Assembly: GCA_964647565.1 (NCBI GenBank)
Contig: CAZYIM010000014.1
Span: 1-59,641 of the forward strand
Length of the DNA: 59,641 nucleotides
Source: an uncultured Methanosarcinales archaeon
GTDB lineage: Archaea > Nanobdellota > Nanobdellia > Woesearchaeales > CAZYIM01
Direction: 5' to 3'
The position numbers and the translations under genes were made by a program. The notes below the pieces were generated by a model. It did no database searches and was not told where the DNA came from. It saw nothing but the letters and a program-made list of their open reading frames with translations. This document shows, piece after piece, positions 49,038 to 58,123 of the stretch; the first letter of the stretch is position 1, and each line of letters starts with the position of its first letter.

Positions 49038-49831
49038 TCGAAGCAGGAAGTGGAAAGATAAAGAAATTCAGGAAGACGCTTGAAAAAAGCGGAATTGTTG
49101 GTTTCAATAAATTAAGAGATATCAATATGGCAATGTTGGGCGGTACCCTTGGTACTATGGAACCAAAAGGTGATGATTATTTCCAGCGAATTTTAGCATC
49201 AAAAAATTGTAGATATAAAACAGTAGGTAAAGATGTTATCTTCAGCGAAGAATCTTTTTTCAATCATATAGATAGGCAGGAGATATTTCCCGTGGATCTT
49301 ATTGCTGGTAAACTTCTTAAAGGTGCCAGATGCAAGAACACCTCGGAATATAACGGCAAGGAGGATACTTGGCCAAGAAGATATTTCTTTGAAAATGTGC
49401 CAGAACTGCCTGGAATTGCATATGGAACTTTTCATTACTATAATTTTACTGCTAAGGAAATAGAGAGATATGGTTCAAGGATCTCTTTTAATCAATTTTA
49501 CCAATATCGTGATAGCAACGATATGACCCTTCATCTTGTATTCAAGGAAGGGGAAGCTGATGATTTTAGGGAAAGGCTGAATGTAATCCGAAAAGGGATA
49601 ATTATTCCAATAACCCAACGAGACCATAGAGTTAGCTATCTGAAAGAAAACGCTCAAGGCAAGTTCAAAAAGAAATTGGATCAAGCTGTAGCTCATATCT
49701 ACAAGGTTGAATTTGATCCAAACCCAGGCAAATATAAGATTGGCGCCATAAAGATCAAGTATTTCGACTCATATTTCACAGTCGATTCAGTAATATCAGA
49801 ATTCAAGGAGAGGATTGAAAGACTAAGATGA
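49034..49831 (+). CDS. Array paralog 63 (265 aa)
   Basis: Leader EAGSGKIKK; core GIIIPITQRDHRV..AHIY. Confidence 0.9.
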   Translation: MIEAGSGKIKKFRKTLEKSGIVGFNKLRDINMAMLGGTLGTMEPKGDDYFQRILASKNCRYKTVGKDVIFSEESFFNHIDRQEIFPVDLIAGKLLKGARCKNTSEYNGKEDTWPRRYFFENVPELPGIAYGTFHYYNFTAKEIERYGSRISFNQFYQYRDSNDMTLHLVFKEGEADDFRERLNVIRKGIIIPITQRDHRVSYLKENAQGKFKKKLDQAVAHIYKVEFDPNPGKYKIGAIKIKYFDSYFTVDSVISEFKERIERLR

Positions 49832-50694
49832 TAGAAGCAGGAAGCGGGAAGATAAAAAAGCACATCAAGCCTATTAAATCTCTCTTTCCAAGAGAGGATT
49901 ATTCAAAACTCTTCACCAGATATGTCAAAAAAGATGAAGACTGGAGAGGGTTGATAAATCCATACTATAACAAGAAGAAACTAGAAAATTATGAGGCTCA
50001 AGTCTTCATTAATTATAAGATCCTGAAAAAAGAGATACGGCATGACCCCTTCTTCCGGATTCCTGCAAGGCATGGTGCTGTCCAGACAAAAGAAGTTGTT
50101 GAAAACCTGTTCAGAGGATGTAAATACTTATGCTATGAAGATGAGGGCGATATAACCCGCCATCTCTTCATGGATATTCCTGCTTTTGATAATATTGAGA
50201 TAGCTATTCTTTCTACTCCTAAGAGAAAGCACTACAGAGTGGAGTATACTTCTCATTCAGTAGCCAGCTATTATGCGCATACGTTTAATTCTGGCGAACT
50301 TACCTTAGATATTCTATTAAAAGAAAAGAGACTGAAATTGAGACGGAGCATAATAGTGCCATTAGACAAGAAAGAGGATCCGCGTAAACATAAACTAATA
50401 GAAATACTGCCAGAGCGGGTCATTCCAAAATACAATCAATCATATGCAACGATCCTTGTAGTCAAACACATCCGTCACCTCCCAATACATGCTCAAAATT
50501 TTAATTATTTTTTCAATGCTTATTTCAGTCCAAAATCCCTGGAGCAAGGGTTGAGAAAGGCCATCAAGAAAAACGGTGGTAGGATGAAGAATCCGGAAGG
50601 CTTCTATGGCTTGGATGCCAGTGAAAGGGCTGCAGGCAGAATGATTGATAGAGCGGGGGAATATTCGGATATTAATGCAAATGATAATAAATAA
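49828..50694 (+). CDS. Array paralog 64 (288 aa)
   Basis: Leader EAGSGKIKK; core IIVPLDKKEDPR; C-terminal tail of about 35 aa. Confidence 0.9.
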   Translation: MIEAGSGKIKKHIKPIKSLFPREDYSKLFTRYVKKDEDWRGLINPYYNKKKLENYEAQVFINYKILKKEIRHDPFFRIPARHGAVQTKEVVENLFRGCKYLCYEDEGDITRHLFMDIPAFDNIEIAILSTPKRKHYRVEYTSHSVASYYAHTFNSGELTLDILLKEKRLKLRRSIIVPLDKKEDPRKHKLIEILPERVIPKYNQSYATILVVKHIRHLPIHAQNFNYFFNAYFSPKSLEQGLRKAIKKNGGRMKNPEGFYGLDASERAAGRMIDRAGEYSDINANDNK

Positions 50695-51493
50695 ACCTGA
50701 GAGCGGAAAGAGAAAGAAAGTCAGGAAAGTGGAAGGCTTCCAGGCTGAGAAATGGGGCTATGTAGAGCTTTATGATTATATCGAGATTGTTGATTTCGGC
50801 CATAAGAGCAAAGGAGAAATTCGAGAGCGAGATGATATTTTAATCGAAGCTTCAAGAAAAGACGCTAAAAAATCAAAGCTTAGACTTGACGAAGAAGCAA
50901 TACTCATACCAGATGAATATTTTGATAAAAACAAACACCTGATGCGGCTTGACAAGATCGCCTTAGAGTTATTCAAGGATTGTCGATATAAAATTGAAAT
51001 AGGGGAAAGGGCAAATTACCTTGCATATGAAATCTATGTCCAAGACATTTATCCAGGTATAGATGTTGTGCAGGTTTCACTGCCTAATTTCAAGAACCTT
51101 AAAAATGATTACAAACCCAAATTTGTTGATAGATTATTATACGGAAGGCTATTTAAGCAACTTGCTGCACAAAATAAAAAACACAAATTTTCTGAGGATG
51201 AACTTTGCATGAAGATAATTTTTAAGAAGAAAAACGATAATGAAAGAACAGAACTCTTCTTGCCGATGAGCGACAATCATGAGGTCATACCCAATGCCCT
51301 AAAAGGCTCAGCCTACCATCTCTTGAAATTTACCTACAAATATAGATATGGGCAAATTGAAAACGATAAAGGCAGAATGACCAGCCAATCTCACGACACA
51401 TCTTTTATCGAAGTACAATATGCAGGCCTTTACAACTTCAAATCACATCTCATCAATGGAATAAAGCAAGCAATAGAAGAAAGAACAAAATGA
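50675..51493 (+). CDS. Array paralog 65 (~270 aa)
   Basis: Start uncertain (50675 or 50681); leader PESGKRKK; core LFLPMSDNHEVIP..YHLL. Confidence 0.87.
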   Translation: MQMIINKPESGKRKKVRKVEGFQAEKWGYVELYDYIEIVDFGHKSKGEIRERDDILIEASRKDAKKSKLRLDEEAILIPDEYFDKNKHLMRLDKIALELFKDCRYKIEIGERANYLAYEIYVQDIYPGIDVVQVSLPNFKNLKNDYKPKFVDRLLYGRLFKQLAAQNKKHKFSEDELCMKIIFKKKNDNERTELFLPMSDNHEVIPNALKGSAYHLLKFTYKYRYGQIENDKGRMTSQSHDTSFIEVQYAGLYNFKSHLINGIKQAIEERTK

Positions 51494-52323
51494 ATGAACC
51501 AATCGAAGCAGGAAGCGGGAAAATAAAGAAAAAAAGAAAACCAGTAGCAGTGAATGCTATAGCTAGAGGAAATGGCATAATAACGCCCCATTTTGAAGGA
51601 TGGATGGTTTCTGATGGTTTTAAGAAAATCACAAAATCTGTTAAGATATTTAATGATGCTGAAATAAGCGACCTAGATTATTTTGATGACTTATATAATA
51701 AAAACCAGTTGCTTTTCAATATTCGAGAGCTCGGCAAGAGATTGAGTGGTTCAAGATATTTCTTAGACAATCGTCATGATATCAGATTTTCTAAAAAACC
51801 TGGACTTTGTTGGAATTACTTCTTTGATAAGGTGCCAGACTATCCAGAAATCAAGATGGGCGTTATGCATCTGCCTAAAGTTGATCGAGAATTTTTAAAA
51901 TCTGCATTAGAAGCAAATCCTCAAACTAGTTTGTATTTTGACACAAGAAATCATGAAATAAATCCATATTATTGGAAAGTCCCTGAATTAGCTGCAATCT
52001 GGCAACCTATCACAGAAAAGGGTCAGCTCGCATTCAATCTGCAGCTCTTTTTTGATTATGAAAAGGCCTAGACATGCAAAGGCATCTATGTTCACTTGTT
52101 GTAAGGGTTCTCAAGAATACCTGATCAGAATACAGAGAACAAATGGCATATCTTTACTGTGGACTATGACTTAAAAGAATATAATCACAAATTCCAATAT
52201 CATGACACCATGAGAACAGATTATACTCATGAATGCTCAAGAAAAGCAGATGGAAAATGCAATTACCAAGAACATTTCTGGCACTCACTAGAAGATGCAA
52301 TAAAAAAATACGGAACAAAATGA
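51490..52323 (+). pseudogene. Array paralog 66, interrupted by in-frame TAG (52069-52071) and TAA (52102-52104)
   Basis: Reading through both stops in frame gives KGIYVHLL*GFSRIPD..WHIF..SLEDAIKKYGTK and ends at a TGA overlapping the next ATG; matches the C-terminus of paralog 8. Confidence 0.85.
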
Positions 52324-53210
52324 ATGAACCAATCGAAGCAGGATCTGGAAAGAAAAAGAAGAGAAGAAAATCGTTAGGGGAGGTTTTTGACTTTGGAGAA
52401 TATCCCAAAGACCATATACTGGAATTGGATTACCTAGATAAACTGCAAAAATACGACTTGGGTACAGTAAATCCGTATAAGGAAAAAGAGGTTATAAAGA
52501 GTCATAAGGACATGATGAGGGATGGGAAAGATAGATACCAATCCGGCTGGATTGGAAATGAGAATTTTTTAAAGCAATTATCGCCAAATTGGCCATTTGT
52601 GAGAGTCGATAAATTCATAGATAAATATTTTGAAGGTGCAAACTATGAAGTATTGAGAGGAAAAGATGACGATACTATGGGAAATTTTGTTGAGATTGGT
52701 TTCTGCAACATACCCAGATTTATGGATATTGAGATAGCATACCTGAGATTACCAAATATTAAAGGAACATACTACCCTTATTATATTGTTTCAGAATCTT
52801 TTATTGAAAACTACACTTTCAATATCCTATTCAAGAATGAGGAAAATAAGGATACGTTCGGTCTTCTCGTACCTTTGACTAAAGAGGACAGACGGATGCC
52901 TGACTATTCTAACTTTAAAGAAGACATCCAAGGACAAAAGAATGCTGATTATTTCAATAGTCTTTATGCACACATCTTGCAAGTAAGATATGGGAAAAGC
53001 GGATATAAAGAACAATGGCCCATTGACGGTTATTTTGATCACGAGACCTTTGAAGAGGGTCTGTTAAAAGCAATAAACAAACATAATAAGCATATTGGAC
53101 GAAGTGTTGTGACTACTTATCTGGATATGTGGGATGAAGATCTGACTTTTCGTGATAAGTGGGGGAGTTGGCATATAAGAGAAGAACTAGTTAATGATTT
53201 GAAAAAATGA
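52320..53210 (+). CDS. Array paralog 67 (296 aa)
   Basis: Start moved to ATGA overlap 52320 (MNEPIEAGSGKKKK); close to 68. Confidence 0.9.
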   Translation: MNEPIEAGSGKKKKRRKSLGEVFDFGEYPKDHILELDYLDKLQKYDLGTVNPYKEKEVIKSHKDMMRDGKDRYQSGWIGNENFLKQLSPNWPFVRVDKFIDKYFEGANYEVLRGKDDDTMGNFVEIGFCNIPRFMDIEIAYLRLPNIKGTYYPYYIVSESFIENYTFNILFKNEENKDTFGLLVPLTKEDRRMPDYSNFKEDIQGQKNADYFNSLYAHILQVRYGKSGYKEQWPIDGYFDHETFEEGLLKAINKHNKHIGRSVVTTYLDMWDEDLTFRDKWGSWHIREELVNDLKK

Positions 53211-53970
53211 ATGAAATAATCGAAGCAGGATCTGGAAAGAGAAAGAAGAGAAGAAAATCATTGAGAGGGATATTTAGTGATAAAATCCTTATGAACTGGG
53301 ATTTTCGTAAAGAGATGCAACTCCATACTAATGGCACAGTACATCCTAATCTTGAAAGGGATTTGATAAAAAAGCAGATAAGAATCATGGATAAGGAAAA
53401 TAATATATTTAAAAGGCGCTGGTTCGATGATGAGCGTTTTTTCCAGAAACTCACAAATGACACTAGTTTTGTAAGGGTTGACAAATTCATTGACCAATAT
53501 TTTGAAGGAGCTAATTTCACTGTATATGGTCGGATAGGTCACAGTTATGAGCTTCAGTTCTGTAATATACCACGTTTCATGGATATAGAAATAGCTTATT
53601 TCAGTTATCCGCATATAGATAATGAATATACTTTAGATTATGTGCTATCAAAAAATCATAATGAATATTTCACGTTCAACATATTGTTTAAGAAGGAAGA
53701 TGCCAAAAAAAAGAATATCGTAGGGTTACTTGTCCCCTTGACCAAGAACGATCAAAGAGTGCCCAACTATTATAGTTTGAATTCAGAACTTCAGGAGGGC
53801 AGGGATTTTTCTTTTCTTGATAACTCTTATGCACACATTTTAGAAATGGAATATAAGAGGGTTGATAAGGCACAATGGTACCACGATGGGTATTTTGATC
53901 ACGAGACCTTTGAAGAGGGTCTGTTAAAAGCAATAAACAAACATAACAAGCATATTGGACGAAGTGTTGT
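53031..53970 (+). repeat. 80-bp direct repeat pair (53031-53110 and 53891-53970)
   Basis: 79/80 identical, with a single synonymous aat/aac difference. Confidence 0.92.
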
Positions 53971-54070
53971 AACAGGACATTTTCTGGATCAGTGGGATGA
54001 AGAACTGACCTATCAGGACAAATGGGGGCAATGGCATTTTGAATCAGAAGTTGTGGATGATAAAAAATGA
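53207..54070 (+). CDS. Array paralog 68 (287 aa)
   Basis: Leader EAGSGKRKK; FCNIPRFMDIEIAY and GLLVPLTK shared with 67. Confidence 0.9.
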   Translation: MNEIIEAGSGKRKKRRKSLRGIFSDKILMNWDFRKEMQLHTNGTVHPNLERDLIKKQIRIMDKENNIFKRRWFDDERFFQKLTNDTSFVRVDKFIDQYFEGANFTVYGRIGHSYELQFCNIPRFMDIEIAYFSYPHIDNEYTLDYVLSKNHNEYFTFNILFKKEDAKKKNIVGLLVPLTKNDQRVPNYYSLNSELQEGRDFSFLDNSYAHILEMEYKRVDKAQWYHDGYFDHETFEEGLLKAINKHNKHIGRSVVTGHFLDQWDEELTYQDKWGQWHFESEVVDDKK

Positions 54071-54984
54071 ATAAACAGATAATCAAGGAAGTGAGCAAGG
54101 GCAGAAAACCCAGAAGATGGAAGAAGTCCCAGACAGTCAGCCAGACATATCCACATCTGGATGTGTTCAAGAATGACCAGTTCTTAGGGCTTAGACAGGA
54201 TGAATACCAGCCCAATCCTTATCATTCAAGCTATGGATATATGGAGAAGCATCTGACACTTGATCTGACCCAAGAAAAAAATCTGAATAGAGGTTTGTTT
54301 TTACCACAAAAACTATCAGAAGAACCTTTTTTTATGGGTCTATTAGATCATAAGAATATTGTACCTCTTGATGATGTAGTTAAAGGTATCTATACATACG
54401 CTCACAGCATTCGCCATAAAAATGGCAAACAGATAAGCTATTACCTTGGTTTTGATATGAGTATGAAAAAAAAGATCCGGATGTCTGTCTTCACATTCCC
54501 TGATTTTCCTGGTAAAACTAAAGATATTGGCAAGAAATATACAGATATTAATGCATATTGGCATATAACCAATAGCAAACGAGAATCCCTGAGGATATAC
54601 TTCAATGAAGACGGCAAATGGAATGATGCAAGGCATTGCCTTTGGATACCCTTGGATAGGTGGGGAAAGGTATCAAGAACTTTCATAGATTATGCAAATC
54701 AAAAAATCATCTCAGGTTCTGAACTCTGGAAAATAAGCATGAAACATCATGCATTCCTGATCACATACCCTAAATTAAAAGGCTATGCTTTTGACCCTTT
54801 TACAGCTTCAGCAGAGGAAATAGCCAAAGAGAACACACAGCTGCAAATGCAGTGGAGAAAATATACTGTTTATGCTCAATATTTCGACGGCTACAGTGAT
54901 GCACAATCAATGATCTCCGGCATCAAGACCGCGATAGACAACTACTCATACCCTCCGAACCTGGATAAAATGCGAGGCAAATAG
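54067..54984 (+). CDS. Array paralog 69 (305 aa)
   Basis: Leader SKGRKPRR; HCLWIPL and YFDGY..GIKTAI; distantly like 72. Confidence 0.87.
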   Translation: MNKQIIKEVSKGRKPRRWKKSQTVSQTYPHLDVFKNDQFLGLRQDEYQPNPYHSSYGYMEKHLTLDLTQEKNLNRGLFLPQKLSEEPFFMGLLDHKNIVPLDDVVKGIYTYAHSIRHKNGKQISYYLGFDMSMKKKIRMSVFTFPDFPGKTKDIGKKYTDINAYWHITNSKRESLRIYFNEDGKWNDARHCLWIPLDRWGKVSRTFIDYANQKIISGSELWKISMKHHAFLITYPKLKGYAFDPFTASAEEIAKENTQLQMQWRKYTVYAQYFDGYSDAQSMISGIKTAIDNYSYPPNLDKMRGK

Positions 54985-54985
54985 A

Positions 54986-55786
54986 ATGGATGGAAAAATT
55001 ATCTACAGATCAGATCAGGGAAAAAAGAAGAAAAAGTTGAAGACACTTAAGAGTGTAATGGCCAAAAAAAGAAAAACAAATCTATTAGATAACCCTGTTT
55101 TGATAGGTGCGGAAACGTATAAACATGGTTTCATAAGCCCTATAACTGATTGGGAAAATTATTCTGAACTTCTTGAAGAAGTAAATCAGGCGGGTGTGTA
55201 TTTTAAAGAACAAAACAAAGAACCAATGGGAAAAATTGATGCGGATTGGCATTATGCACACGTAAGGTTAGATAATTTAGTAAGTGGTCTTTTCAGTAGC
55301 GGAAGATATATCACTAAAAACTTAGGTGAGATTTCAGAACTCATTTTTTCAGAAGTTCCAGAATATCCTTATCTAAAACTTGCTGTGATGAGATATCATA
55401 ATAATGATATCTCCCATGAGCGATATGTTGATTTAACTGGTGCTGATTATGGTGGTGTGTTTGAAGATGTATATGATGCTAATAAAAAGATGTTTCCCTA
55501 TCTTGGCCTTCATATGATGTTTCAAGATCAAAAAAACAGTCCTTATTTTGGTCTTCTGATCCCGATGCTGAACTTAGCAGACAGGATAACTATCTTCTCA
55601 CGAAAAAAGAAACTGGGGTGGACACTGAAAAAACAGCTTAATAATGTGTATGGTTATATAGCATTGATAACCTTCAATGAAACATCAAACCTAAACATTA
55701 TGATGTTCCATGATGCATATTATGATATCCGAACCATGAAAACAGATCTTAAACGAATAATTAACCTTTGGGGGCAACCACAGTGA
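54986..55786 (+). CDS. Array paralog 70 (266 aa)
   Basis: Leader DQGKKKK; PYFGLLIP; close to 71. Confidence 0.9.
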   Translation: MDGKIIYRSDQGKKKKKLKTLKSVMAKKRKTNLLDNPVLIGAETYKHGFISPITDWENYSELLEEVNQAGVYFKEQNKEPMGKIDADWHYAHVRLDNLVSGLFSSGRYITKNLGEISELIFSEVPEYPYLKLAVMRYHNNDISHERYVDLTGADYGGVFEDVYDANKKMFPYLGLHMMFQDQKNSPYFGLLIPMLNLADRITIFSRKKKLGWTLKKQLNNVYGYIALITFNETSNLNIMMFHDAYYDIRTMKTDLKRIINLWGQPQ

Positions 55787-56583
55787 ACAAACCCAGACAT
55801 GCGGGCAGCGGCAAGAGAAAGAAAAAGCTCAAGACACTGAAGAGTGTCATGGCTAAGAAAGACCTTATTAAACTACTTGACAAGCCGGTCTTCATTAAGA
55901 AAGATACACAGGAGAATAGTTTTATCAGCCCTGTCTCCGACTGGAAGCTATATGATGATTTATTATATCAATTGAAGAAAAATGGGAAGTATTTCAATAA
56001 TAAAAGAGATAATCCTTTAATTAGTTTCGATTATATGTCTTGGCAATTGCCAAACTTTCGAAGGATTGATGAATTAGTTGTAGATTTGTTTAGTTCAGGC
56101 AGGTATTTAGAATTTACAGAAGAGATCATTAGTGAGATCTATTATTCAAATGTTCCTGAATACCCTAATTTAAAATTGGCTAAATTTACATATCTAAATG
56201 ATTCAGGACTTTTAGGTATCGCCAGCAGAAATCAGGTTACCTCTCTGCCAGAATTAGATTTTGTTGCCTCTAAAGTATATAAGAGATACTTTTCGAAATT
56301 CGGTCTAAACATGTTATTCCAGGATCATAAAAACGGTCCTTATTTTGGTCTTTTAATCCCGATCGTGACAGATAAAGAACGTATTTACGAATTCTCAAGA
56401 GATGAAAAAATATCCAGACCGCTGAAAACACAAATCAAACAATTATACAGTTATATGAATTTGATCATCTTTGACCGACAGTCTCACAAAAGCTCGATGA
56501 TGTTCCATGACGGATATTACACATACCCTACATTAGAACGTGCGCTAACCGGAATAGTAAATAGCTGGGGTAAACCAAGATGA
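55783..56583 (+). CDS. Array paralog 71 (266 aa)
   Basis: GTGA overlap start at 55783; leader HAGSGKRKK; LKTLKSVMAKK shared with 70. Confidence 0.9.
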   Translation: MNKPRHAGSGKRKKKLKTLKSVMAKKDLIKLLDKPVFIKKDTQENSFISPVSDWKLYDDLLYQLKKNGKYFNNKRDNPLISFDYMSWQLPNFRRIDELVVDLFSSGRYLEFTEEIISEIYYSNVPEYPNLKLAKFTYLNDSGLLGIASRNQVTSLPELDFVASKVYKRYFSKFGLNMLFQDHKNGPYFGLLIPIVTDKERIYEFSRDEKISRPLKTQIKQLYSYMNLIIFDRQSHKSSMMFHDGYYTYPTLERALTGIVNSWGKPR

Positions 56584-57329
56584 AAGAGATAAGAGACGCA
56601 GGACCTGGAAAGATAAAGAAACAGCCTAAGTCTATCATAGCTCTATTGGATGATCGGAATGAGTTTATAGAATATGCCAAGAACAAGGAGATCAGGATAG
56701 GAAAAAAAGGTACCAATCCGTTAGCTTTCTATTATGAAGTCAAGCATCATATTGACCTACATTCTGGTTGGGTACAGATGAGACGGGAATTGGAGCATTC
56801 TGAAAGTTTTTTCGAATTAAATAATAATTGCGGTAGACATGTTAGTTTTATTGCTGATCATGTCTTTTACGGTTGCCACTATAAACATTCAGATATGGGT
56901 AATATGAGATATTACAGCTTCAAACTCGATAATTGGTTCAATAAGAAGGTTGATAAAGCATTTATCTTCCAACCAAGATATTCTGCTTTTAAACGTGATC
57001 GGAATATGGGCGAAACCCTTGATATCTACGAAAAACAGGGCATGTCCCTGGATAAACTGGGTATGCTGATCCATTTCAAGGATCGCCTTGGAGGTGCTGA
57101 TCATGGTCTCTGGATTCCGATGTCATATACAGATCCTGCAATAGAAGAGTTCTACAGGAAAGCACCAAAGAATGTTAAAAAATTGAGGAATGAAGTAAGG
57201 ACACATGTATTTGATGTAATATTCAATAAAAAAAATAACCAGGCCAGATATCTTATAGGCTTTCAAGATTTTTTTTATACAACTATTAAAGGGATTATAA
57301 ACTTGATGAACAATCCAGAAACAAAATGA
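56580..57329 (+). CDS. Array paralog 72 (249 aa)
   Basis: Leader DAGPGKIKK; core IHFKD..GLWIPMSYTDP..HVF. Confidence 0.88.
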   Translation: MKEIRDAGPGKIKKQPKSIIALLDDRNEFIEYAKNKEIRIGKKGTNPLAFYYEVKHHIDLHSGWVQMRRELEHSESFFELNNNCGRHVSFIADHVFYGCHYKHSDMGNMRYYSFKLDNWFNKKVDKAFIFQPRYSAFKRDRNMGETLDIYEKQGMSLDKLGMLIHFKDRLGGADHGLWIPMSYTDPAIEEFYRKAPKNVKKLRNEVRTHVFDVIFNKKNNQARYLIGFQDFFYTTIKGIINLMNNPETK

Positions 57330-58123
57330 CTAAACTAATCAAAGCAGGAAGTGGAAAGATAAAGAAGAAGTTGAAGACAGTTAAGAGTGTGTCCAAGAAG
57401 AATGATTGTGATACTCTAAATGATATGATCCATAACACTGAACCTAAATCTAAACTTGAACAGGGATTTGTAAGTCCATTCTGGCAAAAAGTGGAGTATG
57501 AAAATGACCTAAAAATAATCCGGGATAAGGGTGCTATAAATCATGATCCTTTCTATACTCTCTCAAGTAAATTTGTGATGACGAATAAACTTGATTCCTT
57601 TATACAAATGTACAATCTTTTTGAAAATCTATTTTCGGGATGTAGATTTCGCCAGATGCAAACATATGGGCCTGGTCATGATGAATTAATTTTAACAGAT
57701 ATTCCCAAACTGCCTGAGGTTGAAATGGCTTATCTATTCATCCCTAATGTTCATACAATATGGAATAATGGTGTCATTGCGCGAGTGAACACCGAATATA
57801 CTTATGAAGGTGCGCCCAAATCATACAACTTGAACCTTATTTTCAAGGAAAACCACGGAGAATTCAAATATGGACTGATCGTGCCGTTATTCAGGGACAA
57901 TTCCCGATTTGAGATCTTTTCAGAGAACAAATTCTCAGAACAGCAAAAAAGTGTTATTGATCGAGCTTTCAATCACATCATTATGCAGGAATATTATTTT
58001 GACAGGACGATTGAATGGTACAGAGATGGTTATTTCTCTGAAAAATCATTGAGGGCGGGAATAATACAGGTTGTAAAAACATACGGAAATATGAAAAAAC
58101 TCATCAAGGATGTTATGAAATGA
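57326..58123 (+). CDS. Array paralog 73 (265 aa)
   Basis: Leader KAGSGKIKK; IPKLPEVEMAYLF; close to 30. Confidence 0.9.
   Translation: MTKLIKAGSGKIKKKLKTVKSVSKKNDCDTLNDMIHNTEPKSKLEQGFVSPFWQKVEYENDLKIIRDKGAINHDPFYTLSSKFVMTNKLDSFIQMYNLFENLFSGCRFRQMQTYGPGHDELILTDIPKLPEVEMAYLFIPNVHTIWNNGVIARVNTEYTYEGAPKSYNLNLIFKENHGEFKYGLIVPLFRDNSRFEIFSENKFSEQQKSVIDRAFNHIIMQEYYFDRTIEWYRDGYFSEKSLRAGIIQVVKTYGNMKKLIKDVMK

Noticed and set aside
52069..52104. Stop-codon reassignment explaining paralog 66
   Set aside because: Two different stops (TAG and TAA) would need recoding, and TAG, TAA and TGA all end other array genes at the expected position (e.g. TAG at 16331, 42752, 54982)
6564..53970. Diversity-generating retroelement template/variable repeat pairs
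   Set aside because: Near-identical pairs differ at C/T as well as A positions, both copies are coding, and no reverse transcriptase is in the window; one outside the window cannot be excluded
2903..55783. Longer upstream starts given by the ORF track (2903, 4313, 5002, 6610, 7385, 12271, 19535, 20301, 36385, 37173, 41094, 46054, 50645, 52233, 55768)
   Set aside because: Downstream starts fit the family leader, RBS position and stop-start overlap pattern better
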